64,000 nt of DNA from an uncultured Pseudobdellovibrionaceae bacterium (GTDB lineage Bacteria; Bdellovibrionota; Bdellovibrionia; Bdellovibrionales; JAGQZY01). The notes under the pieces are model-generated. The model searched no databases. It was not told the origin of the DNA and saw nothing but the letters and a program-made list of their open reading frames with translations. The translations under genes and the position numbers were made by a program. Of the stretch, positions 1 to 10,058 are shown piece by piece (the first letter of the stretch is position 1; each line of letters starts with the position of its first letter). The stretch lies in contig CAZPOV010000009.1 of the NCBI GenBank assembly GCA_964588335.1, positions 64,433-128,432 on the forward strand, read 5' to 3'.

Positions 1-2
1 CA

Positions 3-1229
3 ATGCTCACCGAGTTTTTGTATCGCGAAAAGTATAAGAGCGACCAAGTTGTTTCGTTTATGGCGGGTGGAGACGTGGCCTTGGTGCACTCTCTGGAAGG
101 TTTTGAGGATTACCCTGAGTTAGGAGCGCGGCACCTGATGCAGTTGGGGTTTACCGAAAACGATCTACTGATTTCAACCACGGAGGGTGGAGAGACACCC
201 TACGTGATCGGTGCCACTGAAAAAGCGGCAGCGGTTTCAAAGCATCCTCCGTTTTTTCTGTATTGCAATCCTGACGACGTTTTAATCGAAAAAGTGGAGC
301 GTTCAAAACAGGTCATCAAACATAATTCCATAGAAAAAATCTGTTTGTTTGTCGGTCCGATGGCCCTTTCGGGAAGCACGCGAATGCAGGCCAGCACGGT
401 GTTGCAGTTGGCTTTAGGGTGTGCCCTTGTCGAAACCGATATTTCTGTGAATGCTCTGATCGATGAGTTTATTAAAAGCTTTGAGGCCATGGATTTCTCT
501 GAATTGGCCGATCTGATTGAAAAAGAGCACTGGATTTACTCTGAAAAAGAGTACGTGATGTATATGCCGCGCGAATACGCCATAACTGTTTTTACGGACA
601 CCACAGAGCGCTCACCGACATTCAGTCTGCCATCTTTTGAAAACAATGACTATCGAGGCGATCGCCCGTCTCTGTGCTACATCCTTTTGCCAGCAGCGAA
701 TACGCCGGCCGACGCTTGGAACCAGTTGCTTTTGCATGAACCCCGGCCTCTTGACTGGGAAGAGATCGATAAGCAAACAACCACCGGTTATTTGCAAAGT
801 TTTGATTTCAGCAAAAGCTCATTGGAGTCCCGTGAAGAGCGTGTGGGTGATATCCGCCAGTATCTTTTTGAAATTCTGTGCCGCGAGGAACATCTGATCA
901 TGTCACTGGCCGGAGTCGAAAAGCAGTGGCAGTGGCCCACTCAACGCTCTCTTTTTCGACACACACTTTTGAAAGTCTTACTGAATACTCACTCAACCTT
1001 GCTAATGGGCTTATTGGGGCGTTATCAATCCAATGTTATGACTTGGGTTCGACCCACCAATGGCAAGCTGGTTGATCGTGCCACTCGCTATGTAGAGGCG
1101 CTGTTGAAAGAGCAAGGTCTTTCCGCCAGCTATCTTGATATCGTTGATAGAATCTACCAATATCAAGCGCAGTTGGGACCCAAAGAGTGTATTGTTTTAA
1201 AGGTCGTTCAAAGTTACACCAACCCATAA
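3..1229 (+). CDS. SIS-domain MurQ/glucokinase-regulator-like protein (probably 5' truncated by window edge)
   Basis: GPMALSGSTRMQAST and PTNGKLVDRA resemble the MurQ motifs GPE..TGSTRMKAGT and N.KL..RA; large insertion relative to MurQ. Confidence 0.65.
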   Translation: MLTEFLYREKYKSDQVVSFMAGGDVALVHSLEGFEDYPELGARHLMQLGFTENDLLISTTEGGETPYVIGATEKAAAVSKHPPFFLYCNPDDVLIEKVERSKQVIKHNSIEKICLFVGPMALSGSTRMQASTVLQLALGCALVETDISVNALIDEFIKSFEAMDFSELADLIEKEHWIYSEKEYVMYMPREYAITVFTDTTERSPTFSLPSFENNDYRGDRPSLCYILLPAANTPADAWNQLLLHEPRPLDWEEIDKQTTTGYLQSFDFSKSSLESREERVGDIRQYLFEILCREEHLIMSLAGVEKQWQWPTQRSLFRHTLLKVLLNTHSTLLMGLLGRYQSNVMTWVRPTNGKLVDRATRYVEALLKEQGLSASYLDIVDRIYQYQAQLGPKECIVLKVVQSYTNP

Positions 1230-1243
1230 CGAAAGGGAGCCCC

Positions 1244-2617
1244 ATGGATTTCAGCGAACTGAATGCAATCGCAACCACAACAACTTCGCCTGACGATTTG
1301 GGTAAGTACGGCAAAGATTGGTCAATGAACTTTCCGGCCAACCCCAGTGCCATAGTTTTTCCTGAAAGCCAGGAGCAAGTTGTAAAAATTGTAGAATGGG
1401 CGAATGCCCACAATGTGGCCTTGGTGCCCTCGGGTGGGCGAACCGGATTGAGTTCGGCGGCGACCGCCACCAATCATGAGGTCGTGGTTTCCTTTGAAAA
1501 GATGAACAAGATTTTAGAGTTTAGTGAAGTCGATCAAATGATCCGAGTCGAACCGGGTGTGATCACTGAAGACTTGCATAAATATGCGGAAGACAAAGGC
1601 TATTTTTTTCCCATTGATTTAGCGGCCAAAGGCTCTTGTCACATTGGAGGCAACGTCGCCACCAACGCCGGGGGTTTAAGGGTTCTTCGCTACGGAATGA
1701 TGCGAAATTGGGTATCGGGCCTGACGGTCGTCACAGGTTCAGGTCAAGTTTTGCATTTGAACAAAAGTTTGGTGAAAAACGCCACTGGCTTTGATCTTAA
1801 AAACCTGTTTATCGGCAGCGAGGGAACCTTGGGTTTTATTACCGAGGTTGAGTTGAAAGTGACTCGCCCCCCTGAGAACACAACGGTCTTGGTTTTTGGC
1901 TTAGAAAAATTAGGAAACGTTATTGAGGTGTATCGTCATTTTATGAAAAACACTCAGCTTTCAGCCTGTGAAGTCTTTTCTGAATTTGCCTTAGAGAAAG
2001 TGGTCGAAATGCACGATTTGGGGCGTCCATTCGAAACTCAAGCTCCTTTTTATTTACTTCTTGAAGTGGAGCATGGATCCGATGATCAGTCAGAGTCCTT
2101 AGGCGCTCTTTTTGAGCATTGCTTTGAGCAAGGATGGATCAATGATGGTGTGATCTCTCAGTCGCCTCAACAGGCAAAAGACCTTTGGAATTTAAGAGAA
2201 TTCATCAGCGAGTCCTTAAGTCCGATGAGTCCGTACCGTAATGATGTTTCAGTCCGCACTCCCAGCATTCCGGCTTTTGCTGAAGAAATTGAATCCGCCT
2301 ATAAGCGAGAGTACCCCGATTTTGGCGTGGCCTGGTTTGGTCATATTGGTGACGGCAACCTGCACATCGATATTCTGAAACCTGAAGGCATGGCTAAAGA
2401 AGACTTTATCAAGAAGTGTAAAGAATCCGACAAAATTCTGTTTTCTGTTGTTTCGAAGTTCAATGGTTCAATCAGTGCTGAGCATGGTGTGGGCCTTTTA
2501 AAGCGCGATTATCTCACTTACTCGCGCAGCCCGGAAGAAATTGAAATCATGAAAGGTATTAAGAAAGTTTTTGATCCAAAAGGCTTGATGAATCCGGGGA
2601 AAGTTTTCGAGGTTTAA
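1244..2617 (+). CDS. FAD-binding oxidoreductase (GlcD/D-2-hydroxyacid dehydrogenase family)
   Basis: PSGGRTG, IGGNVATNAGG, GSEGTLG, GHIGDGNLH, SAEHGVG, NPGK motifs; ATG at 1244 follows AGGGAG RBS. Confidence 0.9.
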   Translation: MDFSELNAIATTTTSPDDLGKYGKDWSMNFPANPSAIVFPESQEQVVKIVEWANAHNVALVPSGGRTGLSSAATATNHEVVVSFEKMNKILEFSEVDQMIRVEPGVITEDLHKYAEDKGYFFPIDLAAKGSCHIGGNVATNAGGLRVLRYGMMRNWVSGLTVVTGSGQVLHLNKSLVKNATGFDLKNLFIGSEGTLGFITEVELKVTRPPENTTVLVFGLEKLGNVIEVYRHFMKNTQLSACEVFSEFALEKVVEMHDLGRPFETQAPFYLLLEVEHGSDDQSESLGALFEHCFEQGWINDGVISQSPQQAKDLWNLREFISESLSPMSPYRNDVSVRTPSIPAFAEEIESAYKREYPDFGVAWFGHIGDGNLHIDILKPEGMAKEDFIKKCKESDKILFSVVSKFNGSISAEHGVGLLKRDYLTYSRSPEEIEIMKGIKKVFDPKGLMNPGKVFEV

Positions 2618-2648
2618 AACAAGGGCCCACCTAAGAGCCCTTAATTCC

Positions 2649-4268
2649 CTAAACCCCGCGGGGTTGCATGGTGTTTGTTTTTTTAGACCTGTCATCAGTC
2701 GACACGGAACAATGAAAATGGGGGTCGGTGTCTTTATGGTCGTAAAGTTCGATCAATGTGACTTTGATATCTCGGCTCTTCGCTGAGATCACAAAATCCT
2801 CGATAATTTCCAATACATCGTGATGCAGATAGTAGGTTTTAGAGGCGTCAATCGTCACTTCTCGTCCGTTCGGCACATCGGCCAATACTTTCAAAATCGA
2901 AGCTTTCTTAAAAAACGAAACGTCTTCAGAAAGTTCGATAGTAATGTTTCCTTCTTTTTGAAACTCGTTGTAGACCAAAATTGGAATTTTGAAGTTGTGG
3001 TAAAGAATAAAAACAATAGACACCGCAATTCCGATACCAATACCCACAAGGAGGTCTGTGAAAACAATTCCTAAAATCGTCGCCAAAAAAGGTATAAACT
3101 GCTTATAGCCTTGCTTCCACTTCATTTTAAACAATGAAGGACGAGCCAGTTTAAATCCAACCACTAATAAAATAGCGGCCAAGGTCGCAAGCGGAATCAT
3201 GTTTAAAAGAGTTGGAATAGCGATAATCGAAATAAGAATAATGAATCCGTGAATGATCGTCGATAGTTTGGTTTTGCCCCCAGCTTGCATGTTGACAGAG
3301 CTGCGAATAATCACCTGAGTGATAGGAAGGCCTCCAATCAAACCGGATAATATATTTCCAATCCCTTGTGCTTTGAGCTCACGGTTGGCTGGTGTCACTC
3401 TTCTCTCGGGATCTTGCTTGTCCGTGGCCTCAACGCAAAGTAGGGTTTCCAATGATCCAACTACCGCCAATACAACGGCTGTGATATAGATTTGGGGATT
3501 GTTCAATTGCGAGAAATCAGGGAAACTGAAATTACTAAAGAAGGATTGGATGCCTTCCGCCACTGGAATTTGAACTTTTTGATCGGTCGCTAATGCAAGT
3601 GCTTCAATGCCAGAGAACACGGCATTGAGAATCACACCTACAACCACAGCCACAAGAGGTCCTTGGACCAACTGGAAAAATTTGATTTTTTTCATAAATT
3701 TCATTTCCCACAAAATCAGAATTAACAGGGAAACGGCAGCAATGATCATTGGGCCATAGCTGATCTTATCCATTAAATGGAAAATCTCAGAAAAAGTATT
3801 CTCATTGTCTATTTGTTGGAATCGATAATCGCCTTCCGGAACGGCATCATAACCAAAGGCATGAGGAATCTGTTTTAAAAAGATAATCACCCCAATACCA
3901 GCGAGCATTCCCTGAATCACCGAAGAAGGGAAATAGTAAGCAATCACTCCCGTTTTCAGGTATCCCATTATCAATTGAAAAACACCCATAAGGACAACAG
4001 CAACCAAAAAGGCATCAAAGCTTCCAAGGTCTTGAATGGCGGCTAAAACGATCACCGCGAGGCCCGCTGCGGGGCCGCTGACCCCAAGCGAGGAACCACT
4101 GAAGAAGCCAACAACAATTCCACCGATCATACCGGCAATCAGACCAGAGAACAGAGGCGCTCCCGAGGCCAAGGCAATTCCCAAACACAGAGGCATGGCG
4201 ACAAGAAATACAATCACACTGGCTGGCAGATCATATTTCAATTTTGAAAAATCAAATTCCTTTTTCAT
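2649..4268 (-). CDS. SulP family anion (probably bicarbonate) transporter with STAS domain
   Basis: VFLVAMPLCLGIALASG, VSGPAAG, NRELKAQGIGN, ITQVIIRSS; overlaps carbonic anhydrase by 4 bp. Confidence 0.93.
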   Translation of the reverse strand: MKKEFDFSKLKYDLPASVIVFLVAMPLCLGIALASGAPLFSGLIAGMIGGIVVGFFSGSSLGVSGPAAGLAVIVLAAIQDLGSFDAFLVAVVLMGVFQLIMGYLKTGVIAYYFPSSVIQGMLAGIGVIIFLKQIPHAFGYDAVPEGDYRFQQIDNENTFSEIFHLMDKISYGPMIIAAVSLLILILWEMKFMKKIKFFQLVQGPLVAVVVGVILNAVFSGIEALALATDQKVQIPVAEGIQSFFSNFSFPDFSQLNNPQIYITAVVLAVVGSLETLLCVEATDKQDPERRVTPANRELKAQGIGNILSGLIGGLPITQVIIRSSVNMQAGGKTKLSTIIHGFIILISIIAIPTLLNMIPLATLAAILLVVGFKLARPSLFKMKWKQGYKQFIPFLATILGIVFTDLLVGIGIGIAVSIVFILYHNFKIPILVYNEFQKEGNITIELSEDVSFFKKASILKVLADVPNGREVTIDASKTYYLHHDVLEIIEDFVISAKSRDIKVTLIELYDHKDTDPHFHCSVSTDDRSKKTNTMQPRGV

Positions 4269-4861
4269 GAGCTAACGCTCCCGTCGCTCGTCAACTCTGA
4301 AGTGTAAGTGATTTCACCATTCACAAAGTCGTAGACCATTCCATAAACTTTTAAATTTCCGGCCTTCATCGCTTCTTTGACAAAAGGGTAGCTAAACAGG
4401 TTTTCCAGTTGGTTATCCACATTCCAAGAAATCAACTGATCCAAGTCTTTGCCTTCAATTTCTTTGGAGTGAGCTTTTTTGTAGTTTTCCAAGGCTTTAT
4501 GAACAATGGGAAGTGAAACAAGTTTCTCAAGGTTGGCAAGTCCTCCCATTGCACCACAACCGGCATGACCACAGACCACGATCTCAGGGATTTTTAGAAC
4601 AGAGATACCATATTCCAAAGTGAGTCCCTCGTTTGTGGGGTTGTTGGCATCATGAGGGGGGATGAGGTTGCCGGCATTGCGGATAACAAAAATCTCTCCG
4701 GCTTGGGTTTGCGATATCTCTTGGGGGCACAGTCTGGAATCCGCACAGGTGATTAAAAATGTGTGAGGGGACTGGCCATCGGCTAAAGATGAGTAATGAT
4801 CAGCCAATTCTTTAAATTTGTTATTCTTATAGACATGAATCTGATCTTGAAATCGTGACAT
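4265..4861 (-). CDS. beta-class carbonic anhydrase
   Basis: CADSR, RNAGN and CGHAGCG zinc-ligand motifs. Confidence 0.93.
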   Translation of the reverse strand: MSRFQDQIHVYKNNKFKELADHYSSLADGQSPHTFLITCADSRLCPQEISQTQAGEIFVIRNAGNLIPPHDANNPTNEGLTLEYGISVLKIPEIVVCGHAGCGAMGGLANLEKLVSLPIVHKALENYKKAHSKEIEGKDLDQLISWNVDNQLENLFSYPFVKEAMKAGNLKVYGMVYDFVNGEITYTSELTSDGSVSS

Positions 4862-4918
4862 AAAGGTCTCCGTGGTTAAAAAAATTAATTTTAAATTTAT
4901 TATTTAATGAAAGGTTGG

Positions 4919-5227
4919 TTATGCTCGGGGTGGCCGAGAACTCACTTCGAAAAAAGGCCATTGGTAGGGGCCGCAGCGATTGGAAGCCGTTAGGGTTTGA
5001 AGTGAAAGGTGGTCGGGCGAAGATATGCCGAAAATGAAATCGTCTTCACCTTCTTCATCGTCGGGTTCCGCATCTTCTGTATCGCTTTCAATGGGGCGAT
5101 CGAGCGAACTGCTATCATGTTGACTAGCCACAATGACTGGTTTTTCCTCATCTTCACTGATCGGCATCACGGGTGGAGCGAGCAGGCTGAAAACGAAGGT
5201 AAAGACTAATAAGATCGACCAGTACAT
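4919..5227 (-). CDS. small exported acidic protein, possible leader/arrest peptide
   Basis: hydrophobic N-terminus, D/E-rich linker, C-terminal RPPRA, co-oriented 57 bp upstream of carbonic anhydrase. Confidence 0.65.
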   Translation of the reverse strand: MYWSILLVFTFVFSLLAPPVMPISEDEEKPVIVASQHDSSSLDRPIESDTEDAEPDDEEGEDDFIFGISSPDHLSLQTLTASNRCGPYQWPFFEVSSRPPRA

Positions 5228-5375
5228 GAGGGAAGTATGCCTTGCTCAATGGGATTTTTCAAGATTTCTCCCGACCTTTCATGAAACGGAGAATTAAGGC
5301 TAAAGCACCAAAACAAGGCCATTTTTTGTAAAATCCATCGACTCTTAGCGAAGTTTAAGATACCTCTTCAAGAGC

Positions 5376-6713
5376 ATGAGACTGAAAAGAGCGAACCTCA
5401 CCAGGGGCTCCATCCCCAAGATTCTGCTGCGCTTGAGCTTACCAATGATGCTCGGAATCGCCGCCAACATGTCTTTCAATGTGGTTGATACCTTTTTTAT
5501 CGGACAACTGGGCGTAACCCAGTTGACGGCAATCTCCTTCTCTTTTCCAGTGGTGATTATTTTGCTCAATCTCGCCATCGGAGTCAGTATTGGTTTAACC
5601 TCGGTCCTGTCTCGACTTTTAGGGGCCGGTAAAGAGACCAAGGTGAAAGAGCTGTCCTCGCAAATGACTTTTCTTGTTCTGGTGGCGTCCATGGCTTTGG
5701 GTGTGCTGGGAACTCTAACCATCGAACCGGTTTTTCGTTTTCTGGGCGCGGGGCCCGAGTCGATGGGGTTTATCAACGAGTATATGATCTGGGCTTACTG
5801 GGCCATGTGTTTTCGGATGACGTCGATCTGTGTGTCCGGGATCTTTAAAGCCCACGGAGTGACGGTTGTCCCAAGCTTTGCGATTTTTGTAACGGCTTTT
5901 GTGAACGTCGTTCTTGATCCCATTCTTATTTTCGGGTGGGGAGTGATTCCCGCATTGGGTATTCAAGGCGCCGGGCTTGCCACGTTCATTTCCAATTTTA
6001 TCGCCTTGCTTGTGGAGTTTTTCTTAGCTTTTAGAGTTTATGGTTTGTTTGGCCCCTTAAGCTTCAAATACCTCCATGACCTGAAAGATGTCATGCGAAT
6101 CGGCGCACCTTCGGCGGGTGGTAACGCCTTAAACCCCATTTCGATCAGCTTGGGAAACTACTTTTTGTCCAAGAGCTCCCCAGAGCTAGTTGCTGGTTTT
6201 GGGGTGGCTTCAAAAATACAAATTTTCACAATGATTCCCATTCTGGCTTTGTCGGCAGCGCTGGGGCCAACTGTCGGACAAAATTTTGGGAACAATAGAA
6301 AAGACCGCGTGATTGCGGCCTTGACCAGTGCTTTCTTGTTTTCTCTTTTTTACGGACTCTTTCAAGGATTCCTTCTCTATAGTTTTTCAGACGCCATTGG
6401 TTCTCTTTTTACAGATAGCGCGCAAGCCATCTCTTTTTCCAGTCAGTATTTAGAAGTGGTCGGTTGGACTTTGTTTGGGTATTCGTTTGTGATCGTCACC
6501 AGTTCAGCCTTAAATGCCGTCGGTCAGCCGATTGCCGGGAACTCTGTAATCGCTCTGCGAACCATCATATTTTTTCTGGCATTGTATTTTCTGTTTTCGC
6601 GTTTGAATCTGGATTTCGATTTAATCTATGCCTACTCGGGGGCCAACGTTTTGGCAGCCGCCAGCTCTGTCTTTTTAGCCTTTGCATTTATAAAGAAAAA
6701 CCGTGCGGCCTGA
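5376..6713 (+). CDS. MATE family efflux transporter
   Basis: LTRGSIPKILLRLSLP, VDTFFIGQLG, NVVLDPILIFG, GIQGAGLAT, VGQNFG. Confidence 0.92.
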   Translation: MRLKRANLTRGSIPKILLRLSLPMMLGIAANMSFNVVDTFFIGQLGVTQLTAISFSFPVVIILLNLAIGVSIGLTSVLSRLLGAGKETKVKELSSQMTFLVLVASMALGVLGTLTIEPVFRFLGAGPESMGFINEYMIWAYWAMCFRMTSICVSGIFKAHGVTVVPSFAIFVTAFVNVVLDPILIFGWGVIPALGIQGAGLATFISNFIALLVEFFLAFRVYGLFGPLSFKYLHDLKDVMRIGAPSAGGNALNPISISLGNYFLSKSSPELVAGFGVASKIQIFTMIPILALSAALGPTVGQNFGNNRKDRVIAALTSAFLFSLFYGLFQGFLLYSFSDAIGSLFTDSAQAISFSSQYLEVVGWTLFGYSFVIVTSSALNAVGQPIAGNSVIALRTIIFFLALYFLFSRLNLDFDLIYAYSGANVLAAASSVFLAFAFIKKNRAA

Positions 6714-6789
6714 GTTTTACTAAAATCAAACCTAAAGCTTGGACTCTACAGACTCCGCCGGCGCTTTCCGCGCCAGCAGCTTTCTGTCA

Positions 6790-7995
6790 TTACTCGTAAT
6801 CGACTTCAATGGTCAATTTTTCATCGGCCTTTGCTGAGTAGCGAAGATTTAAAGAGGCGCGATCCAACCCTAAAAAGAACTGTCGTCGGGCCAAAGGTTT
6901 ACCATTAACTCGAACTTCTTTAATCTTCTTCACCTTGTTAGAAAGCTCAATAAAAACGGAGCCGGTGTACTTTGAGTCATCAATCAAGCTGGCGGCCACA
7001 CCTCCCCAGTTGTCACTCTTGGCGTGGGCCACAGCACCATCAAAGCTTTTTATTACAGGTAGGTAAGAGTAGTCCCAGGTCCCTTCATTGCCGACCTTGG
7101 CTTCTTCATCCGTTTTTGGAACTTCACCGATGACTTTCAACCCATCAAGAGCTGGATGTCCTTTTTTGGGAAGTGGAAGAATACCGCCGAATTTCACCGA
7201 GGCGACACCACGGCTGTTAGCATGAATCATAGAGATCAAACTTTCGGGGTCACTTTTCATGGATTCAGGAGCCCCCGGTTTGCCAAAATAATTGGCTCCC
7301 GGCTCATGGGTGTCGGACACAAAGATAATATTGACGAAAGCCCCTTCACGAAACAAGCGTTGGTTTTGCGAGGTTTTGTAGCTTAAGAACTGTTCCAAGC
7401 TTACAAGTCCAGCTTCGGTCACTGTGCAGGCACCCCCCAGCTGAACAGCCGCCGATAAACAGCTATCTCCGTTGGAATTTTTAGAGTCGGGGTCAAACCA
7501 ACCCTCGTGACAGGCGGGGCGAGTGAATCGACTGGCTTTTTCGGGAAAGGCATTTAAGTAATCGGCTACGCCCTCTTGGTTCACAAGCCGCAGGTAACCT
7601 GGTTGGTGGACCGACATGTTATTGTGCCAGACTTTTCCGTAATCAATGCTTTGATCCTCGTTCACCCAAGCGGTTGACATATAGGTGACACCCATCTGCG
7701 TGTCCTTGGGGTAATTGGCTTGAGCAATGGTGGCAAAGCCATCGCGCATGGCATTGGCGATGGCGGACATCGAGCACGACTCATCCAAGACAAACAGGAT
7801 ATCAGTGGGAGCCTGCTCAAAGGTTTTTACTATGGTTTCGGTTTTGGTGTTGGTGGAGTTACAATTTTCAGTGCAGACCTCTTCGCCACCACTGCCCGAG
7901 GATTGATTGGTGGGAGCCGACACAGATTTGGAATTACAGGCCGCTAAGCCTAAGAAACCGATACTTAAAAGACTAAAAACTATGGAGCGCATCAT
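6790..7995 (-). CDS. lipoprotein with vWA-like (MIDAS) domain
   Basis: lipobox LAAC; DILFVLDESCSM (DxSxS) and IIFVSD. Confidence 0.7.
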   Translation of the reverse strand: MMRSIVFSLLSIGFLGLAACNSKSVSAPTNQSSGSGGEEVCTENCNSTNTKTETIVKTFEQAPTDILFVLDESCSMSAIANAMRDGFATIAQANYPKDTQMGVTYMSTAWVNEDQSIDYGKVWHNNMSVHQPGYLRLVNQEGVADYLNAFPEKASRFTRPACHEGWFDPDSKNSNGDSCLSAAVQLGGACTVTEAGLVSLEQFLSYKTSQNQRLFREGAFVNIIFVSDTHEPGANYFGKPGAPESMKSDPESLISMIHANSRGVASVKFGGILPLPKKGHPALDGLKVIGEVPKTDEEAKVGNEGTWDYSYLPVIKSFDGAVAHAKSDNWGGVAASLIDDSKYTGSVFIELSNKVKKIKEVRVNGKPLARRQFFLGLDRASLNLRYSAKADEKLTIEVDYE

Positions 7996-8244
7996 AACAT
8001 CCTTCCCCTGGTTTTCTGCACTTACAACATTATAAAAGGATACCTGTTCTCAACATAGCTTCTTTCTCAGCATCAGAATCTTGCTAAGTTTTTTGACGTT
8101 TTTTAATGAACTGAAGGCGGGTGTCTCGAAAAACATCCTATTTAGTGAAAAAGTTTTGAACACTTTGTCAGACAGCAGTGGTGAAGACCGGGTTGGGGAG
8201 ATTCTCTCTTGCGAAACAATCGCCAAGGAAATCAGAGTCAAATA

Positions 8245-8847
8245 TTATATTTCGATAGAATAGCCAGCCGGGATGATTTCTTCAGGCGGCACATCGTCTT
8301 CAAGAGGTTCGGCCACTTGAACATCTTCGACAGGGACATAGTGAAAATCATAGGCCGTTTCCACTTGCACCCAACGAATCGTACCATTGACGGCAATTCG
8401 AAACGTGGCCCCTGCGTAACAGTCGGCCTCTTGTAAATGGGAAAATGAAACGCGGTCTCCTTCTGGAGTGATTGCGCGAGCACGACAAGCGATCTCTGAG
8501 TAATCGGGGTTAACAGTTTGGGCGTAGACGCTGCCCTGGTCGCGACCATCGGAGAACTGATAAAAGTCACCAACAGCGACCACTCGCAAGCGTCGGCCAA
8601 ACATAGAAAGAGTCGAGCCATCCAGGGCCCGTCCATTGCGGCAAAAACGTTGGGGAAGATTGCTAATTAAGTGCAGATCTCCCGCCAAGCGATCGCCCAA
8701 AGGTCGGTATTCACTGACATAAGCTCGGCAGACAACATCACCATTTTCTGGTTGCGGAATTGCTCCTAAGTCTTGGGCTTTTGCCACAGAAAATCCAAGG
8801 CCTATTGTCACGGCCAACAATGTCTTTTTAATCAACCAACCAATCAT
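8245..8847 (-). CDS. hypothetical secreted protein
   Basis: ATG at 8847 (MIGWLIKK) with GGAGG RBS; signal peptide ending AKA-Q. Confidence 0.7.
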   Translation of the reverse strand: MIGWLIKKTLLAVTIGLGFSVAKAQDLGAIPQPENGDVVCRAYVSEYRPLGDRLAGDLHLISNLPQRFCRNGRALDGSTLSMFGRRLRVVAVGDFYQFSDGRDQGSVYAQTVNPDYSEIACRARAITPEGDRVSFSHLQEADCYAGATFRIAVNGTIRWVQVETAYDFHYVPVEDVQVAEPLEDDVPPEEIIPAGYSIEI

Positions 8848-8874
8848 GAGTCTAACCTCCTCACTGATTCCTAT

Positions 8875-8890
8875 TGCAAAACAGAACCCA
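8875..8890 (-). promoter_or_regulatory. putative sigma54 promoter
   Basis: minus strand TGGGTTCTGTTTTGCA (GG-N10-GC) just upstream of the RBS. Confidence 0.5.
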
Positions 8891-9310
8891 GAAATTAGAG
8901 TTGGGTGATTTAAGGTATTTAAGAGCAAGGCCCGCTTCAGCTGCGGGTTCTACAGTAAATTTCTTTCAAAACCGGTGACAAATTCAGGCCCATTCCCGGT
9001 GGCGAAAATCGACGAAAGGGACCTTTTGATCCTACCGCGTGCGAGTGTCCGGTCGAGTCGACGACGATTTCTTTACAGGAAAAGAAATTGAAGCCAACTT
9101 CGTGACCGAACTGATTTAATTCGAATGATCAATCAAAGGCTGTCGATTGGCGGAGCCCCATCGCTCCTTTGACTTCACTTCCCAAGGGTCAACACCTTAA
9201 GCTATTGAAATAACTAAAAACTTTGAAACCCAAAAACAGCCAGTGGGATAGAGCTTTACAAAAAGTACCCTGAATGCTAAATCCCTGAGTTCACTAGGTT
9301 TCCAGACTTC

Positions 9311-9401
9311 GGAGAGGTGGCAGAGTGGTTGAATGCGCACGCCTGGAACGCGTGTAGGCGTTAATAGCGTCTCGAGAGTTCGAATCTCTCTCTCTCCGCC
9401 A
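9311..9401 (+). tRNA. tRNA-Ser(GGA)
   Basis: acceptor GGAGAGG/TCTCTCC, anticodon stem CACGC/GCGTG with loop CTGGAAC, long variable arm, TTCGAAT T-loop, discriminator G, encoded CCA. Confidence 0.97.
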
Positions 9402-9404
9402 AAA

Positions 9405-10058
9405 TCAAAAGGTACCAAGTCCCTTTCTGTACCGCCCCGCCGATAACTCTATCATTTTGCGATTCCGATCCTTCGGCAATTGGAACTCCCGTCTTCGTAA
9501 CGCCTTTCTAAGAGCCTCATCCATTTCCGAGCTAAACGATTCGTTCAGCCACTCAAGATCAAGTGCAATTGAAGTCTCAGCATCATCGAAAAAGTTACAC
9601 ATCTTAAAAGGCTCAGGTGTTGAATCAAGAGTGAGCGACGAGAATTCATAACACTCCACTCTCGTACAGAGTTCTGCTTTCACCGGATTTCTAAAGACAT
9701 ATTTAACCGCATTCCAGTAATAATCTTCATTATGGATTGAACACCACTTGTAGCGTCCTCCAAAGAAGTGATTGATTCGCCCGGCCTGCCGATTTGCACA
9801 GCGAGAGACCTCACGATGAAAATAAGTCATCGCTTTAGAAAGATTTTTATCAGGCGTACTGAGAATCCAATGATAGTGATTCGACATCAAAACAAAAGCA
9901 TGTGACCGAATGTGAAGGTGTTTATCGAGGTATCTAATTTTATCCAAGATGATTGGCCAAAGAATAGGGAGTGGAAGATAAAAGAACTCCTTATTATTGG
10001 ATCGATTGGTAATGTGATAGGGATACTCATCGGATTCATTCAGTGTCTTTCTAGGCAT
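9405..10058 (-). CDS. REP-associated tyrosine transposase (RAYT, Y1/HUH, IS200-like fold)
   Basis: YHITNRSNN, AFVLMSNHYH (HUH), GRYK, KYVFRNPVKA (catalytic Tyr), YEFSS. Confidence 0.9.
   Translation of the reverse strand: MPRKTLNESDEYPYHITNRSNNKEFFYLPLPILWPIILDKIRYLDKHLHIRSHAFVLMSNHYHWILSTPDKNLSKAMTYFHREVSRCANRQAGRINHFFGGRYKWCSIHNEDYYWNAVKYVFRNPVKAELCTRVECYEFSSLTLDSTPEPFKMCNFFDDAETSIALDLEWLNESFSSEMDEALRKALRRREFQLPKDRNRKMIELSAGRYRKGLGTF

Noticed and set aside
8929-9300. Several hairpins upstream of the tRNA as an ncRNA
   Set aside because: Stems are short or imperfect and match no family I recognise; an Rfam search would be needed.
9197-9418. 73-aa minus-strand ORF (GGEREIRTLETL...)
   Set aside because: Antisense shadow of tRNA-Ser.
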